64,000 bases of DNA from Eledone cirrhosa (Eukaryota). This document shows positions 41,711-55,063 of the stretch, one piece after another (position 1 is the first letter of the stretch; every line of letters starts with the position of its first letter). Location of the stretch: NCBI GenBank assembly GCA_964016885.1, contig OZ024746.1:42036001-42100000 (forward strand). Reading direction: 5' to 3'. Under the pieces are notes generated by a model. The model was not told the origin of the DNA. It saw only the letters and a program-made list of their open reading frames with translations, and did no database searches. Both the position numbers and the translations under genes were made by a program.

Positions 41711-43505
41711 TATTTAACTAATAAATTGAATAGGTTAATTATTAGTTTACACCTGCACAAGTTGCATCAGGCTGCTACAATATTGCATTTCATAGGAGGT
41801 TTCTTGTGTGCTTTAATGGTATGGGCCACAGTCTTATCATGTCACTATTTCTTCTGGTAACAGGATTTAAACTTAGAACACATACAGCTGAAAGGCATCA
41901 TATCTGATGCTGCTCTAGCAATCCATTTCACCAATTCATCACTTTCGACTAGTATTTTTATTTATCAACTCTGAAAGAAGGAAAGGCAAAAACTCAGAGC
42001 ACTGATTCACCATCACCACCATCGACACTACCACTACCACAGCAATCATTATCACCTTACTCCACCCCATCATCATCATCAGCAGCAACAGCTTTGCTAT
42101 CACTATGATGGTTGAGCCACTCAGAGAATCCCTTTGTGGTCACATACTTCACTTGTAATAAGCCACTCTATCTAACATTAAATAAAAAACAGAGAATGGA
42201 ATCGTCATGGTTAAATCATCTCTTTTCATATGTCTGTTCAATGTCAGAGCAGCCCTAGGTCTACACAACAACAATTACAACAACATCAAATAATCCTATA
42301 GTTGTTGGTATTATTATCATTATTTCTATTTTATAAATATGTTTCCTTGTGAGAATTGGTTGGATATTCCATAATATACTGCATTTTCATGCCATTCAAT
42401 CCTGTATCATCAATTTGGTAAAACCAATGTTTTCTGATCTAATCAATTTCTGCCAAGCTCTCCTAGGTCTACCTTTACTGTAGAGAAAATCCATCATTTA
42501 CTTTTAGTCTTTTTACATATAATATAAACATCTGTTCATATTAAATTTCTATATAAATGGAGATTTTGATATTCAGCTCCCTTGTACTTAGAATTCTTAG
42601 CTTTATTTTGATAACTACTTAAACATTTGGTTTGGCAGAAATATTCTATACACCTGATCTACTTTGATAGTTAGTACCGGATTTCCTTTAAACCTTCATT
42701 TGAAATGCAGGTTTGAACTTAGAGTCAAATGGTTTTATAATTACACACCAGCAACACATAAAAGAACTGAATATCTGAGGAATTAAAAGTGAACAGATTA
42801 AATAACACAGGAGAGTTCCACCAAGAACGGTAATTATTCCTACCATAAGGAAATTCCTTCTTACTTCATGATATGGTAAGACTTGCTTCAATTAGTTTTG
42901 ACATTTATTACTTCATGCTGTTATTGTGTCTATGTTGATTAAGATTACAGTGAACCAACAGTATACACCACAGCTCGTTTCATGTTAGGTATTTTGAGGT
43001 GTTGGGTGATGTTGAATAAATACCACTTTCCTAGTAAGCATTGCTTAAAAGATGAATAAACATATTTTGTACGTAATGCATCCAGCTTTAATTGACTTAC
43101 ATTTTGTCATGTCAATTGCTTGGTAAAATTATATTGCTTTGGTTGAATGCAAGTGAGTTTTCTTTTTATTTTGCATCCATTTATACCATATTAGAATAGG
43201 AATGATTATTTATGCAAGTTTAGACATTTGTATACATTTTGAATAACTATTTATATAGCTCTAAACAATTTTATTATAAATTAGGGTTGTAATCCCTTAT
43301 TAGTAATACAGACTAAGGCTAGATTTGTGATTTGCCTCGTGGCACAATATAACTATTCTAGTAATATTTGAATTCATAACCATGTAGTCTAACACCAATA
43401 ACTTGTAGCCATACCTTTTACATTAATCTCAAATGCTTCAGCAAAAATTTTGTTACGGGGAAGATGCGATACATTTTCTACATACATTAGTCTAATATAA
43501 AATTA

Positions 43506-43672
43506 GAGGGTCGGACGCCATGCTTTCCAGCATAGTTACGTCCCTTTACGATCTGAGTTCAAATCCCGCCGAGGTTGACTTTGCCTTTCATCCTTACGGG
43601 GTCGATAAAATAAAGTATCAGTAATGCACTGGGTAATTGCTGGCCTTGTGCCTAAAGTAGAAACAATTATTA
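43506..43672 (+). mobile_element. SINE family 1
   Basis: Unit match, slightly 5'-truncated. Confidence 0.9.
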
Positions 43673-44751
43673 ATGTTTTAATTATTGTTTTCTATGCTAG
43701 CATTAGTTGTACATGTTTGAAGTATTGTATTATATATATATATATGTGTGTGTGTGTGTATGTATATGCATATATATATATGTGTATGTTTATATTATAA
43801 CATGATAAACACACCCAGTACATGCTGTAAGCTGGTCGGTGATAGGAAGGGTATCCATATTTGTGTGCATGTGCATCATATGGGCATGTGTTGTGTGCCT
43901 CTGCATGTTTGTGTATGGGTGTCAGACCTCCATTGCTTACACGAATGAGCGTCTCAGTTTGGCTGATAGAACAGCCTACTCATGGAATTAATGTTCAATT
44001 CGCTGAGCATTCTATAGACACATTCAGTGTGACACAGTGTATGAAAAATTGGCCCTTTGAATCACACGTGGAACCCATTTTTTTCCAACTGAATGAACTG
44101 GAGTGACATTAAATAAAGTGTCTTGCTCAAGGACACAATGTGCCACTCAGAATCAAACTCATGATCTAACAATCATGAGCCAAACAGCCTAACAATTATC
44201 ATATATATAAATACATTTAACTTCATATATATATGTGTGTGCATATCTTACAATTAGACATGCCTATGTGTGTATTTATGATTATGTTCTGCCCATGGCC
44301 CAATTCTCAGCACATTGAAAGTTTAATTGCTTTACAATAAATAATTTTGAAACTTTAATCTGAATAAAATCTAAATAACAATTCATAATTTCTTTTACTA
44401 TAAAAGTATTTCTACGATATCAAAGTAAACTATATATTTTTCAGTTGATTGAACAAGGATCACCATCATCATCATCATTGTTGTTCACAGCATCAGCATA
44501 GAGGAGATAATAAAGGAAGAGATAAAGAGTGATAGACAGCTAACCAATGATTGTTAGTAATGAGATTGAAAAGAAGCAGCATGAGTGTATGATGTTGGAA
44601 GATTGTTAAATGACAATTTCATGATGTGAAATATTTCCTTACAAATTCCCTACTGGGGTGAATAAACTGCTGTATAATTTTGAGTTGCTCTGATTAGAGA
44701 TGTATCAAGGACCAATAAAGCACTCGCATATGATTATTATTATTATTCTTT

Positions 44752-44940
44752 AGGGCGGTGGATTGGCAGTATTGGTAGAGGGTCAGACGCCATGCTTTCC
44801 AGCATAGTTACGTCCCTTTACGATCTGAGTTCAAATCCCGCCGATGTTGACTTTGCCTTTCATCCTTATGGGCTAGATAAAATAAAGTATGCAGTGGTTA
44901 ATTGCTGGCCTTGTGCCTAAAGTAGAAACAATTATTATTA
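44752..44940 (+). mobile_element. SINE family 1, full length
   Basis: Unit match; ATTATTATTATTCTTT on both flanks. Confidence 0.9.
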
Positions 44941-44944
44941 TTCT

Positions 44945-45200
44945 TTGAGTCTCAGTCATTGATGTTATTTAACTGGAAAGTTTGTTCAAATGAATATCAA
45001 GCCGCTACCTGCAGCCTCAGATATTCAGGACATATCGGAGGGTTCTTGCTGTTCCCAACAAGTATACTTTTTGAAGTGTTCCCAAAACAGGGCTGGACTA
45101 ATCTTCTTTAACCATCCTTGAAAACTCTTTGAGATAGTACCTAGTGCTCCTATGACAATCAGGACGACCTTGATCTCATGACAGTTCCAAATCCTTTTAT
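44945..45200 (-). mobile_element. R4/Dong-like LINE 3' end in (TAA)n
   Basis: RIWNCHEIKVVLIVIGALGTISKSFQGWLKKI..QKVYLLGTARTLRYVL; (TAA)n on both sides. Confidence 0.7.
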
Positions 45201-45489
45201 TATTATTATTATTAGTAGTAGTAGTAGGGTCACACATACACTGATATGCTTGCCCTCATGTATGTACTTATGAACACATTTTTTCACTATACACATGCAT
45301 TTGTACATACACACATATGTACATTTGTAGGTGCATATACACACATTTATACACACACCCTTACTATATTTCCTTATTTAATTTTTATATATCTCTTGCA
45401 TTACTTTTATTTATATATTTTTTTTGCCCGTTAAACTTTTGCCTTTCTTGAAGAGATTTTTCAAATATTTCACTATGTTTTAAATTGCC

Positions 45490-45562
45490 TTGTCTGACGA
45501 ACGAATGAGGACGTTTCTTGTATTCGTCTTATTCGGGAAACCTCTGGTAATGAGGTAATTAT
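45490..45562 (+). ncRNA. Type I hammerhead (element about 45360-45660)
   Basis: CTGACGA-A-CGAATGAGGACG..CGTCTTATTCG-G-GAAA-CCTC-tggtaat-GAGG-TA; strong stems II and III, weak stem I. Confidence 0.7.
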
Positions 45563-46509
45563 ATTGTATTATTTATTATACATTAAATTTAGCTCTGTAA
45601 CTTACATAGAGCACTCTTCATTCCTATGACTTTTTCAATTTTCAACGGAAACTTCAATACTTATATATATATATATATGTATATATATATCTGGAGTGAA
45701 ATGGCTATTCATAATTTTATGGTCTTTTAGTCATAATTCTCTTCAAGTGTACCTCCTATGGTGAGCAAAGAACACATATGTGGTAACTATATTTTTTCCT
45801 GGCAGCTTGCCAATTTGTGGATGAATCCAATGACAACTGCCATTGTTCTGTTTAAGCCATGAAGTGAATTAAAATGGGCTAGATGACAGAATTTTTTTAA
45901 ATCGATTATGGTGATGAAGGTCAATGTGGAAGATGGTGATAGTGGTTGTGTTGTGGATGAGGATGATGATGAAGAAAATAAACAAAGAGAGGAGACAATT
46001 TCAAATATATTTTACCTATGTTTTGAAGATTCTTCAGCAAAAGGTAGTCCGTCCCTGCTAAGTATGCTAATTTGTAAACTTGTCAGCATACAATAAGAAA
46101 AATATACTGACACATTTAAATTAGACAATTATGTGGGTGAAAGTATATAGAATAATGTAGGAGATAAGAGTTTAATAGCTTTCAGGATTTTCTATTTTGA
46201 CAGACTTCAAGATTCCACAGCTGTGATGTTAAATTTGAGATTACTCATTAGTGAGTAATTTGTGAATATTGATATCAAGAGTTTGTTTAATGTATACCAA
46301 AGCATTACTATGAATATTATTCATATCTCAGGGAAAACTCAAATTTGAATAAAGCTTTTTCCATTCAAACTAACATAAATAATCAAAAGACTGTCTTTCT
46401 GAATCTCTTTTATTGTATCTCTATCAATATGTGGTGAGTATATATGCGTGTGTATATTTGTGAGTGTGTGTGTGTGTATATATATGTGTGTGTGTGAATT
46501 GGATAATTA

Positions 46510-46782
46510 TAGGTTCACACTGGTTGGAATTGAAATTAAGTGAAAAAAATGCATGTCTGACTGAACTCCAGCAAAGCCTGAACTTGGTTTGGATGTCTTT
46601 TAGTCTTCAGAACAAGCCCGCCAGTCTTGTACATGAACGTCTGTTTTTATTGTTGAAGGTATTAGTGTGGTTGTAGAGTTGTGCCTTGAATGTTGTGGAT
46701 GTTGGTCCAATGTAGGTGTATCTGGAGTTTTGGGTATCTATATTACATTTGTATATTATGTTTGTTGCGAGGCATTTGTTCG
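46510..46782 (-). pseudogene. PLE GIY-YIG endonuclease relic
   Basis: NKCLATNIIYKCNI..TYIGPTSTTFKAQLYNHTNTF..TRLAGLF*RLKD, homologous to 29590-29800. Confidence 0.8.
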
Positions 46783-46968
46783 GTATATATATATATTGAA
46801 AACAAAGTGAGGTTTCATACTAAGGTCTTTATGGATTATACATAGTTATGACCATTTCACAGACCTTGATGTGAAACATCACTTTCTTTTCAATATATAC
46901 TCTACCTTAGCATAGGGTGCTAATTTTGGTACCTGCCTCTCAGTAAACCATGAATTTACTGAACCACC

Positions 46969-47011
<43 letters not shown>

Positions 47012-47093
47012 AAAATTCTATTTAAATTGTTGGGATACAACAAGTAAATATTTTTATAACTGATATAAAGCACTCGACAAGTATTTGGAGTAG

Positions 47094-47469
47094 ATATACG
47101 ATATTAACAAATGGAAACTATATTTATAAAACCATATTTATTTCATTATACATATTTCAAGGATACCAAGTTAAATTATGGTATGCCTTCATCAGACAAA
47201 ATACAATATATAGCAGTTTTATAAATAAACATTGACGTACCCTTTCAAAATGCGACCATTACTTTTGGAAGACATCAGACTATCCTGATGTCTTCCAAAA
47301 GTAATGGTCGCATTTTGAAAGGGTACGTCAATGTTTATTTATACAACTGCTATATATTGTATTTTGTCTGATGAAGGCATACCATAATTTAACTTGGTAT
47401 CCTTGAAATATGTATAATGAAATAAATATGGTTTTATAAATATAGTTTCCATTTGTTAATATCGTATAT
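47094..47469. repeat. Near-perfect palindrome, 185-bp arms and 6-nt loop
   Basis: 47094-47278 is the reverse complement of 47285-47469 with very few mismatches. Confidence 0.93.
47364..47418 (+). ncRNA. Hammerhead motif inside the palindrome (mirror copy 47145-47199, -)
   Basis: CTGATGA-AGGCATACCA-loop-TGGTATCCTT-GAAA-TATG-TA; stem I imperfect. Confidence 0.6.
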
Positions 47470-47994
47470 ATATATATATATATATATATACTTGTTTTCT
47501 TTAAATATGACAAACAACCATCCAGTTATGAAACTAATGAAGAAATAGATTCATTACCTAACTAATAATAAAACTGAAGTGAAACACAACTGGTGCATGT
47601 GGTTTTATTGGCCCTCCTAAAGTATAACAGTATCTGTTTCAATATGCGACTTCACATCAAGAATCTTGCAAAACAAATACAGAAACCATGTATGTATATA
47701 TGCTAGCATGGAAGATGGACGTTAAACGATGATGATGACGATGATGATGTATACACACACATACACCCCCCTCCCTCCACACACCCACCCACTCACATAC
47801 ACACACATATATATATATACTCTTAGAAATATGATCCTTAAGGCGGTTTTCTACTAGTGTAAGTATGTGTGTGTTTTTCATGAGGTCTCTTTCAATGTAC
47901 ACAAATGTATGAAAAGGGATATCTCTGTTTTTGACAAGTAAATGATACCTACTCATGCTGAAACATTTCGTCTTGAAGAAGTTTATTTAATTTG

Positions 47995-50183
47995 ATATCA
48001 CAATTTATACTCTACAAAATGGAATTTCTTACGTGACAACTTACAGCAGGCTACTGAAGAAACTTGTGGCTGGGGCAGAGCTTCAACCAGACAGAGAGTG
48101 ACCTGGTGGTGGAACAGCACAGTAGATAGGGCCATTAGAGACAAAAGACTGGAATGGAACGGTTGGAAAAATGGTGGGAGTAGAGAAGGATACACAGCCG
48201 CTAAGAGAGAAGCTAAACGTCAGGTGTACTTAGCACGCAGAGAGGCAGAGAGTAGGAGGTTTGCCAATGTTCTGTGACGGGAAGATCAGAGACATGCAGT
48301 GTTCCGCATTGCAAGGCAGTGTGTCAGTGAAAATCAGGATGTTGTTGGAGATAAGTGTCCGGAATGATGCTGGTGTACTTAGTGTCATGAATGATAAAAA
48401 AAAGGAGGCCTGGAAATTTCATTATGAGAGACTGATGAATGTGGAGAACAAATGGTGGGAGAGTGAGAAATTACCCCCAGTAGACCCTGACAGAGGGACC
48501 AGCTATTGAGATTGACGAATATAGGGTACAAGAGGCAATTAAGGAAATGAAGAATGGTAAGGCTGCTGGACTATCGGGGATAGTTGCTGAGATGCTGAAG
48601 GCATCAGGAAAAGTAGACACTAAACTAGTTGCATGCATCATCAATCAAGTTATATATGGTGGTGTCATACCCAAAGACTGGTGTAGCAGTATTCTCATAA
48701 ATTGCTACAAAGGTAAAGGGGATGCTCTGGAGAGGAACAATTATAGGGGCATAAAGCTGATGGATTAGGTTATGAAAGTGGCAGAGAGAATATTAGCACA
48801 ACTGATTAGAGAAAGGGTCAAATTAGATGAGATGCAGTTTGGTTTTGTGCCTCAGAAAAGTACAACAGATGCCCTCTTCTTAGTGAAACAACTACAAGAG
48901 AGGTTCTTAGAGAAGAATAAGCCACTATACTTATCTTTTGTTGACCTAGAGAAGGCCTTTGATAGGGTACACCGATCTGTCATCTGGTGGTCCCTAAGGA
49001 CACTAGGTGTGGAGGAATGGCTTGTAAGGACAGTGCAAGCTATGTACAGAGGTGCTGTCAGTAAAGTTAGAGTAGGAATGGAGTTTAGTGAGGAATTCCA
49101 GATACAAGTAGGTGTACATCAGGGTTCAGTCCTCAGCCTGCTCTTGTTCATTATAGTCCTCCAAGCCATAACAGGGGAGTTTAAGACATGGGAACTTCTC
49201 TATGCTGATGATCTGGTTCTTATAGCAGAATCAGTAGAGCAGCTAGAGAATAAATTCTGGCTATGGAAACAGCAGTTGGAATCAAGAGGACTGAGAGTGA
49301 ACATAGCTAAGACAAAAGTGTTGATAAGTAGAAGAGAGGACAATACTCTGTTTCCATCAGGGAAATGTCCATGTTCGATATTCAGAAAAGGAACTAGCAT
49401 AAATTCCATAAAATGTACACAATGCAGATCTTGGTTACACAAGAGATGTAGTGGCATACCAGGCAAACTAACAGGTAGAGAAAACTACATATGCAGTAGA
49501 TGTACAGGGAAAGTTAGCAGTAGTAATCGCAGTGATAGACACATTTTTCCAATGCAGGTGGGTTCTATAGAAGTGGTCAATAGCTTCCGGTACCTAGGTG
49601 ATCAGATTAGCATGGGAGGGGGGGGGGGGCTGTTCCAAGGCCATTAGAATAAGGATGGGTTGGAAGAAATTTAGGGAGCTGCTTCCTCTGTTTACAAAGA
49701 AGGGTTTCTCCTTGCGTACGAAAGGATGGTTATATGATGCCTGTGTGAGATGCGCGATGCTGCATGGTAGTGAGACATGGACAGCAACTGCAGAGGATAT
49801 GCGACAGCTGGAGAGAAATGAAGCAAGCATGCTTTGTTGGATGTGCAATGTCAATATGCGTGAACGACCAAGCATAGATGAGTTGAGAAAGAAACTGGGT
49901 ATAAGAGGGATAAGTTGTGGTGTGCAGGAGAGAAGACTGAGATGGTATGGACATGTGATGCGCATGAAGGATGACTGCTGGGTAAAGAAATCCCAGTACA
50001 AGGAAGACGCATTAGAGGAATACCACGCAAAACATGGGCGGAGGTGGAGAGAGCAGACCTCAGATTGCTGAAGCTCACGGAGGAGATGACGAAGGACCAT
50101 AACAAGTGGAGAGATGCTGTGCTGAATAGGACCCATCCCACCCTTGCAAGCAGGGAAAAGTGGACGTAAAATGATGATGATGA
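47995..50183 (+). mobile_element. RTE LINE family B, 5'-truncated, multiple stops and frameshifts
   Basis: TWWWN, KGKGDALE..NYRGIKL, QFGF, FVDLEKAFD, GVHQGSVLS, LLYADDL, PHD finger, LHGSETW, (GAT)n tail. Confidence 0.95.
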
Positions 50184-50509
50184 AAATGGTGACCAGCTTA
50201 ATTAAGTAGATCTGGGATGTGATCCAGTAATAAACAGAGGCATGATTAAAACAGTCCAGCATAGTATATTCAATAAAATTTGAACTCATCCCAAATTTTG
50301 AATAAAGAAATTTTTTTATCAACTCTCAAATCTCCAGGAGCACACATTGCAGTGAATAGCTTGTGATTAAAAGGCAAAATGTCTTTCAAAATTAGAGAAT
50401 GATACAAATTTATGACAACACTTTTGGTTTTGTAGTTTATATACTTTAATACCTAAGTACAACACTCATATTTGGTGGTTGGAAAGTCATGCAAACACAC
50501 ACTAAAAAC

Positions 50510-50850
50510 TGTCATCATCATTTTTGCATCTGCTTTTTTATATTTCCATGGATTAGACAGGTCCTTTTCAGTACAGCATTTTTCCATACATCACATTCCT
50601 TTGTCATCTATTCTATGAGTTTCAACAATTTGAGATCAACTCTCACCATCTCTGCCAGGACTTTCTTGGTATTCCTCTACTGCAGCTTCCTTCTAGTGGG
50701 ATTTGCTAGCATGTCATCATCCAGTGATCATCATCCATGCACATCACATCCATACAATCAGAGTCTTCTCCTTTGCACACTACATCTGATACCTCTTAAA
50801 CCCAGTTTTTCTCTCAATCCACCCAAGGTCTGTCTTTCTCTCACAAAATA
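50510..50850 (-). mobile_element. Older RTE 3' fragment
   Basis: Diverged match to the RTE-B 3' end and tail. Confidence 0.6.
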
Positions 50851-50885
50851 GAGATTAAAAAGTGATGATGATATGTATGTATGCA

Positions 50886-50931
<46 letters not shown>

Positions 50932-51245
50932 AAGCTAAACAGAAAAAATGAATGGAATAACAACAACAACCATACCCAAACAAACAATACTGGCTTAAGA
51001 GAAATATAAATAAATAAATATATACACAAGTACAATAACATCAAACACATAAACACACACTAATAAACAAAGATAGAATACAAAAACCAAAACACATACA
51101 CCCAGACACGAACACACACGCCAAACACTATACACACATGCAAACGCATGCACAGAGACGGAGACAAAATAAATAAATAAATAAATAAATAGATTAAATA
51201 AAAATGGCGTAAACACAACACAATAGCAGGAAACATGATAATAGT

Positions 51246-51287
51246 ACCACTGATGATGTTGCAGATGTGCAACGAAAGAACTTTGTT
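51246..51287 (+). ncRNA. Minimal type I hammerhead (F1 relative, element about 50930-51478)
   Basis: ACCA-CTGATGA-T-GTTGCA-gatg-TGCAAC-GAAA-GAAC-TT-TGTT; stem II covaries with the 4541 copy. Confidence 0.75.
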
Positions 51288-51489
51288 AGACTATATATAT
51301 ATATTTATATCTGTATTTTTAACCGTTGGTCAGTCAATGATAAACATTGATGGCCAAATAAATTAACTATGGAGATATAAAAGATGCAGAAGCGAAAACA
51401 AACCAAACAGTGAGTGTGTTCTGTATTATTTCTGGCAATAGTATTACAACAATATGACCCTCCCCAAGTATAACAATATATATATATAT

Positions 51490-51509
51490 ATATATGTGTG
51501 TGTCTATGT

Positions 51510-51541
<32 letters not shown>

Positions 51542-52496
51542 GATGTGTGTATCTGTCAGTGTGTATATGTGTGTGGATGCATACGTACATCCACATAGGA
51601 CAGGGTTTGTCTATGTGTTTATATGCGGGTACATGTACTTGTGTGTAGATATATGTACAGGTCTGTGTATGTGTGTGTATGCGTACTTATGTCCTTAGAA
51701 GTGTGTCTGTCCTTGATGCCTATCCATAAGGATATGCGTGTGTGTATCTATGTATGTGTCTGAGAGTGTTTGTGTATATATGTGCAGATGTGCCCGAACG
51801 CCGATATGTGTCTTTGTATGCGTGTACGTGCGTGTGTGCGTGTATGCGTGTGTGTGAGACCGGATGTAAGGGGCTGTTTAGGCAGGCGCCAATAAGCATG
51901 TGGCGGTCTGTATGTGGGTGTGGGTGGGTATGTGTAAGAGAGAGAGAGTGCGTGTGTGTATATATGTGCATGGGGGTATGTGTGTCTACACATGTGTGCG
52001 TACATATGTGTATGCATGCATGTGTGTGCCTGCACGTGTGTATGTATGTGTGTGTGTATATGTGGGTACATACTCGGGAGTGTGAACGGACGTGTGAGAT
52101 ACCAAAGCCAGCTTGGCTCCATTGAAGTGTGTCGGACGGAAAATGGCTGATGACCAGTGTAGCAGTAAATAGTGACCAGAATTTATGATGACATAGAAAA
52201 ACAACAGCCAATGGCATGACAAGAGTGGAAAATGTTTTTTGACGATAACACCCCAGTGAGAAAATTTGCTCTGAAAGAATTGCATGTGTCCGAAGGAACC
52301 TGCAGCCGTAGAATCAGCCAGATCCTTACAGTGATCATGTCTCGAGCTACCTGCCGGTGAAACAATTGTAACACGCAATAAACTGAGCCCAGAAGCATCA
52401 CTGATTTTTCGTTTTTTTATACTATTCACACTCTGCTCTGTATGAATATTGAGTGCATACCGCCTATGGAAGCACGATAGCTACCATTATACGCAC

Positions 52497-52500
<4 letters not shown>
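51490..52500 (+). mobile_element. Solo copy of the PLE-2 pseudo-LTR between (TA)n runs
   Basis: Matches 31790-32712 directly and 26535-27590 inverted. Confidence 0.88.
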
Positions 52501-52542
<42 letters not shown>

Positions 52543-53895
52543 CATCATCCTTATCATCATCATTATTGTTTAACATCCATTTTCACACTAGCATGTTACA
52601 TGCATACACACAGACACACATATATACAAGGTTTGAGAAGACTCTTCAGCTGTGGCATAGACATGACAATTTCCCTAGTGCTGATAAAATACATTCAGTA
52701 GAACATGGGAATCTAAATAAGCAAATTTTGTCTGAGCACCCTTTAGAGTGCAGGAACGTATGCAAGTGATATATAGGCTTCTTGGGTACTGATTTGATGT
52801 CTGAACACCTATCCAATCCTTGCTAGTAGAGAAAATAGATGTTAAACAATGATAATAATGATGTTGATATATATATCATTATCATCATCTTTTAACATCC
52901 ATCTTTTACACTAGCATAGGTAGGACATGGTGAATATATATAAATAAATATATATATTCACACACATACATATGTGGGTGTTCATACATAATGGCACATA
53001 TGTGTGCATGTATGTGCATGTGTCTGTATCTGTAGATATTTCAACACGTGCTAAAATCACAGCTGTCATTCTGGTTAATTAGATTTTGGTGGATCTTCTC
53101 CAATGAACAATGATGGCCATTTTTATATTCATAATTTATTTGAAAATAAGGCCAAACAATATCTACTATATTTATTTCATATTCTTAGAAAAACAACATA
53201 CAGGATATAACAGCTATTGTTATATCTTAATATACATTTCAACTGTGCAGCTGGCTAACTTGATGAAGTGCCAGTCCATCAAAGAAAATATCCTGCTACT
53301 GGTACAACCACCAATACATTTAAATTCCACATGCCTAATATACTTCACCTAGCTGTAAATAAGTACTCTGCATTGATACACTACAAACGAATGAGGGTAA
53401 CTTCACATGCATGGTTAGACAGCTAAAAATAATGATCAAATTTCCTAAATTCATGTAAGAGGAAGAATATGTGACAAACTAGTCCTTAATATAAAATATA
53501 GAAGCTGGAAGGCAGAGTTATTTAGGATTGACCCTGAGCTAAATGACAACAGTAGTGAAAGAGTATTTTGTATTTTCTGAATGTTTCATTAAATTCCAGT
53601 GCTGGTGCTGCAATGAAATGAACCTAGAACATTTTGTAATGTGGTTGGTGATCAAACAGAAACAAGGTAAAGTAGATACTGCTCATTAGTTGTTCTCCAT
53701 CATAACTTTTCTAATGCTAGTGCTAGGATAAAATGCACATAATTCAGAGTTAAGTAGTTGGAGATAAGAAAAATATCTAGCTGCAGAAACCAGTCTAAAA
53801 ATTTGTCTAGGAGAGCAGCATTTCTAAAGAACTGAATTGTGACTATCTTGATGTGAACTATAAAACCATATATACTGTCAATTCATTTGAACTTA

Positions 53896-53954
<59 letters not shown>

Positions 53955-54085
53955 GTGAGGTTTTTTTTACAAAATGAAAAATAACTGAGGTGTCCTACAC
54001 GAGTGAAAGTATAAAGAAAAAGAGATGAAATCAAAAATGCAACTGGAGTCTTATTTTTTTTTAAAATATATATATTTATTTGGTT

Positions 54086-54123
54086 CCTTTACCGGTTTCG
54101 CAGTTCTTCTGCTTTTCAAAAGG
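54086..54123 (-). ncRNA. U3-A8 variant minimal hammerhead (F2)
   Basis: Reverse complement of 55064-55101. Confidence 0.75.
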
Positions 54124-55063
54124 TGAGTTGAGATGGAGGGTCTGTGGTTTTTCTCACATCTGGTTGGTCTCTGAATGTTACTTGTTTTATATGGAAAAAG
54201 TGGCTCGAAATGCCAGGTTTTTCGAGAAGTAATTTGATTGGTTTGTCAATAATTATAATAAATTTCGCGCCAGTTCGCGTTACAATAGTTCTTCAAATAA
54301 GGGGGGGGGGGTTGTCACAGGTTGTTTTTTCATATATGAGTGTTTGAATTTCTTTTTACTTGAAAAAAGAAGGCTCACGAAGGCTTTTTTTTGGTTGGTT
54401 ATAAATGAAATTATGGCTGTCACGTGAACAAATTTTCATTAAATTTTTGTGCCCTTATTTGGAAATCCATTCTCTAGCCTTTTTAGAGAATTTTTTGATA
54501 AAAAGATAATGGTCAAGAGAAAGGGATGGGAGAATTGTTCTGGTTCAGTGAATATGGTTAGTTCGCTGGGGTGTCAGAATTCAGATTTTCTATTGAATAA
54601 AGAAAGTAAAGATATGTGTGTTTATTTGTGTGCTTGTGTGTGTGTGTGCGTGTGTGTGTGTGTGTGTGTTTGAATTTCTTTACTTTAGAAAAAGGTGGCT
54701 CACGAAGGCTTTTTTTTAATAAACGTGATTTGATTGGTTATAAATGAAATTTGGCTGTCACGTGAACAAGTTTTCATTACATTTTTGCGCCCTTATTTGG
54801 AAAACTATAGTCTTTATAGCGAGTAAAAAGAAATTCAAACACTCATATATGAAAAAACAACCTGTGACAACCCCCCCCCCCCTCCCTTATTTGAAGAACT
54901 ATTGTAATGCGAACTGGCGCGAAATTTATTATAATTATTGACAAACCAATCAAATTACTTCTCAAAAAACCTGGCATTTCGAGCCACTTTTTCCATATAA
55001 AACAAGTAACATTCAGAGACCAACCAGATGTGAGAAAAACCACAGACCCTCCATCTCAACTCA

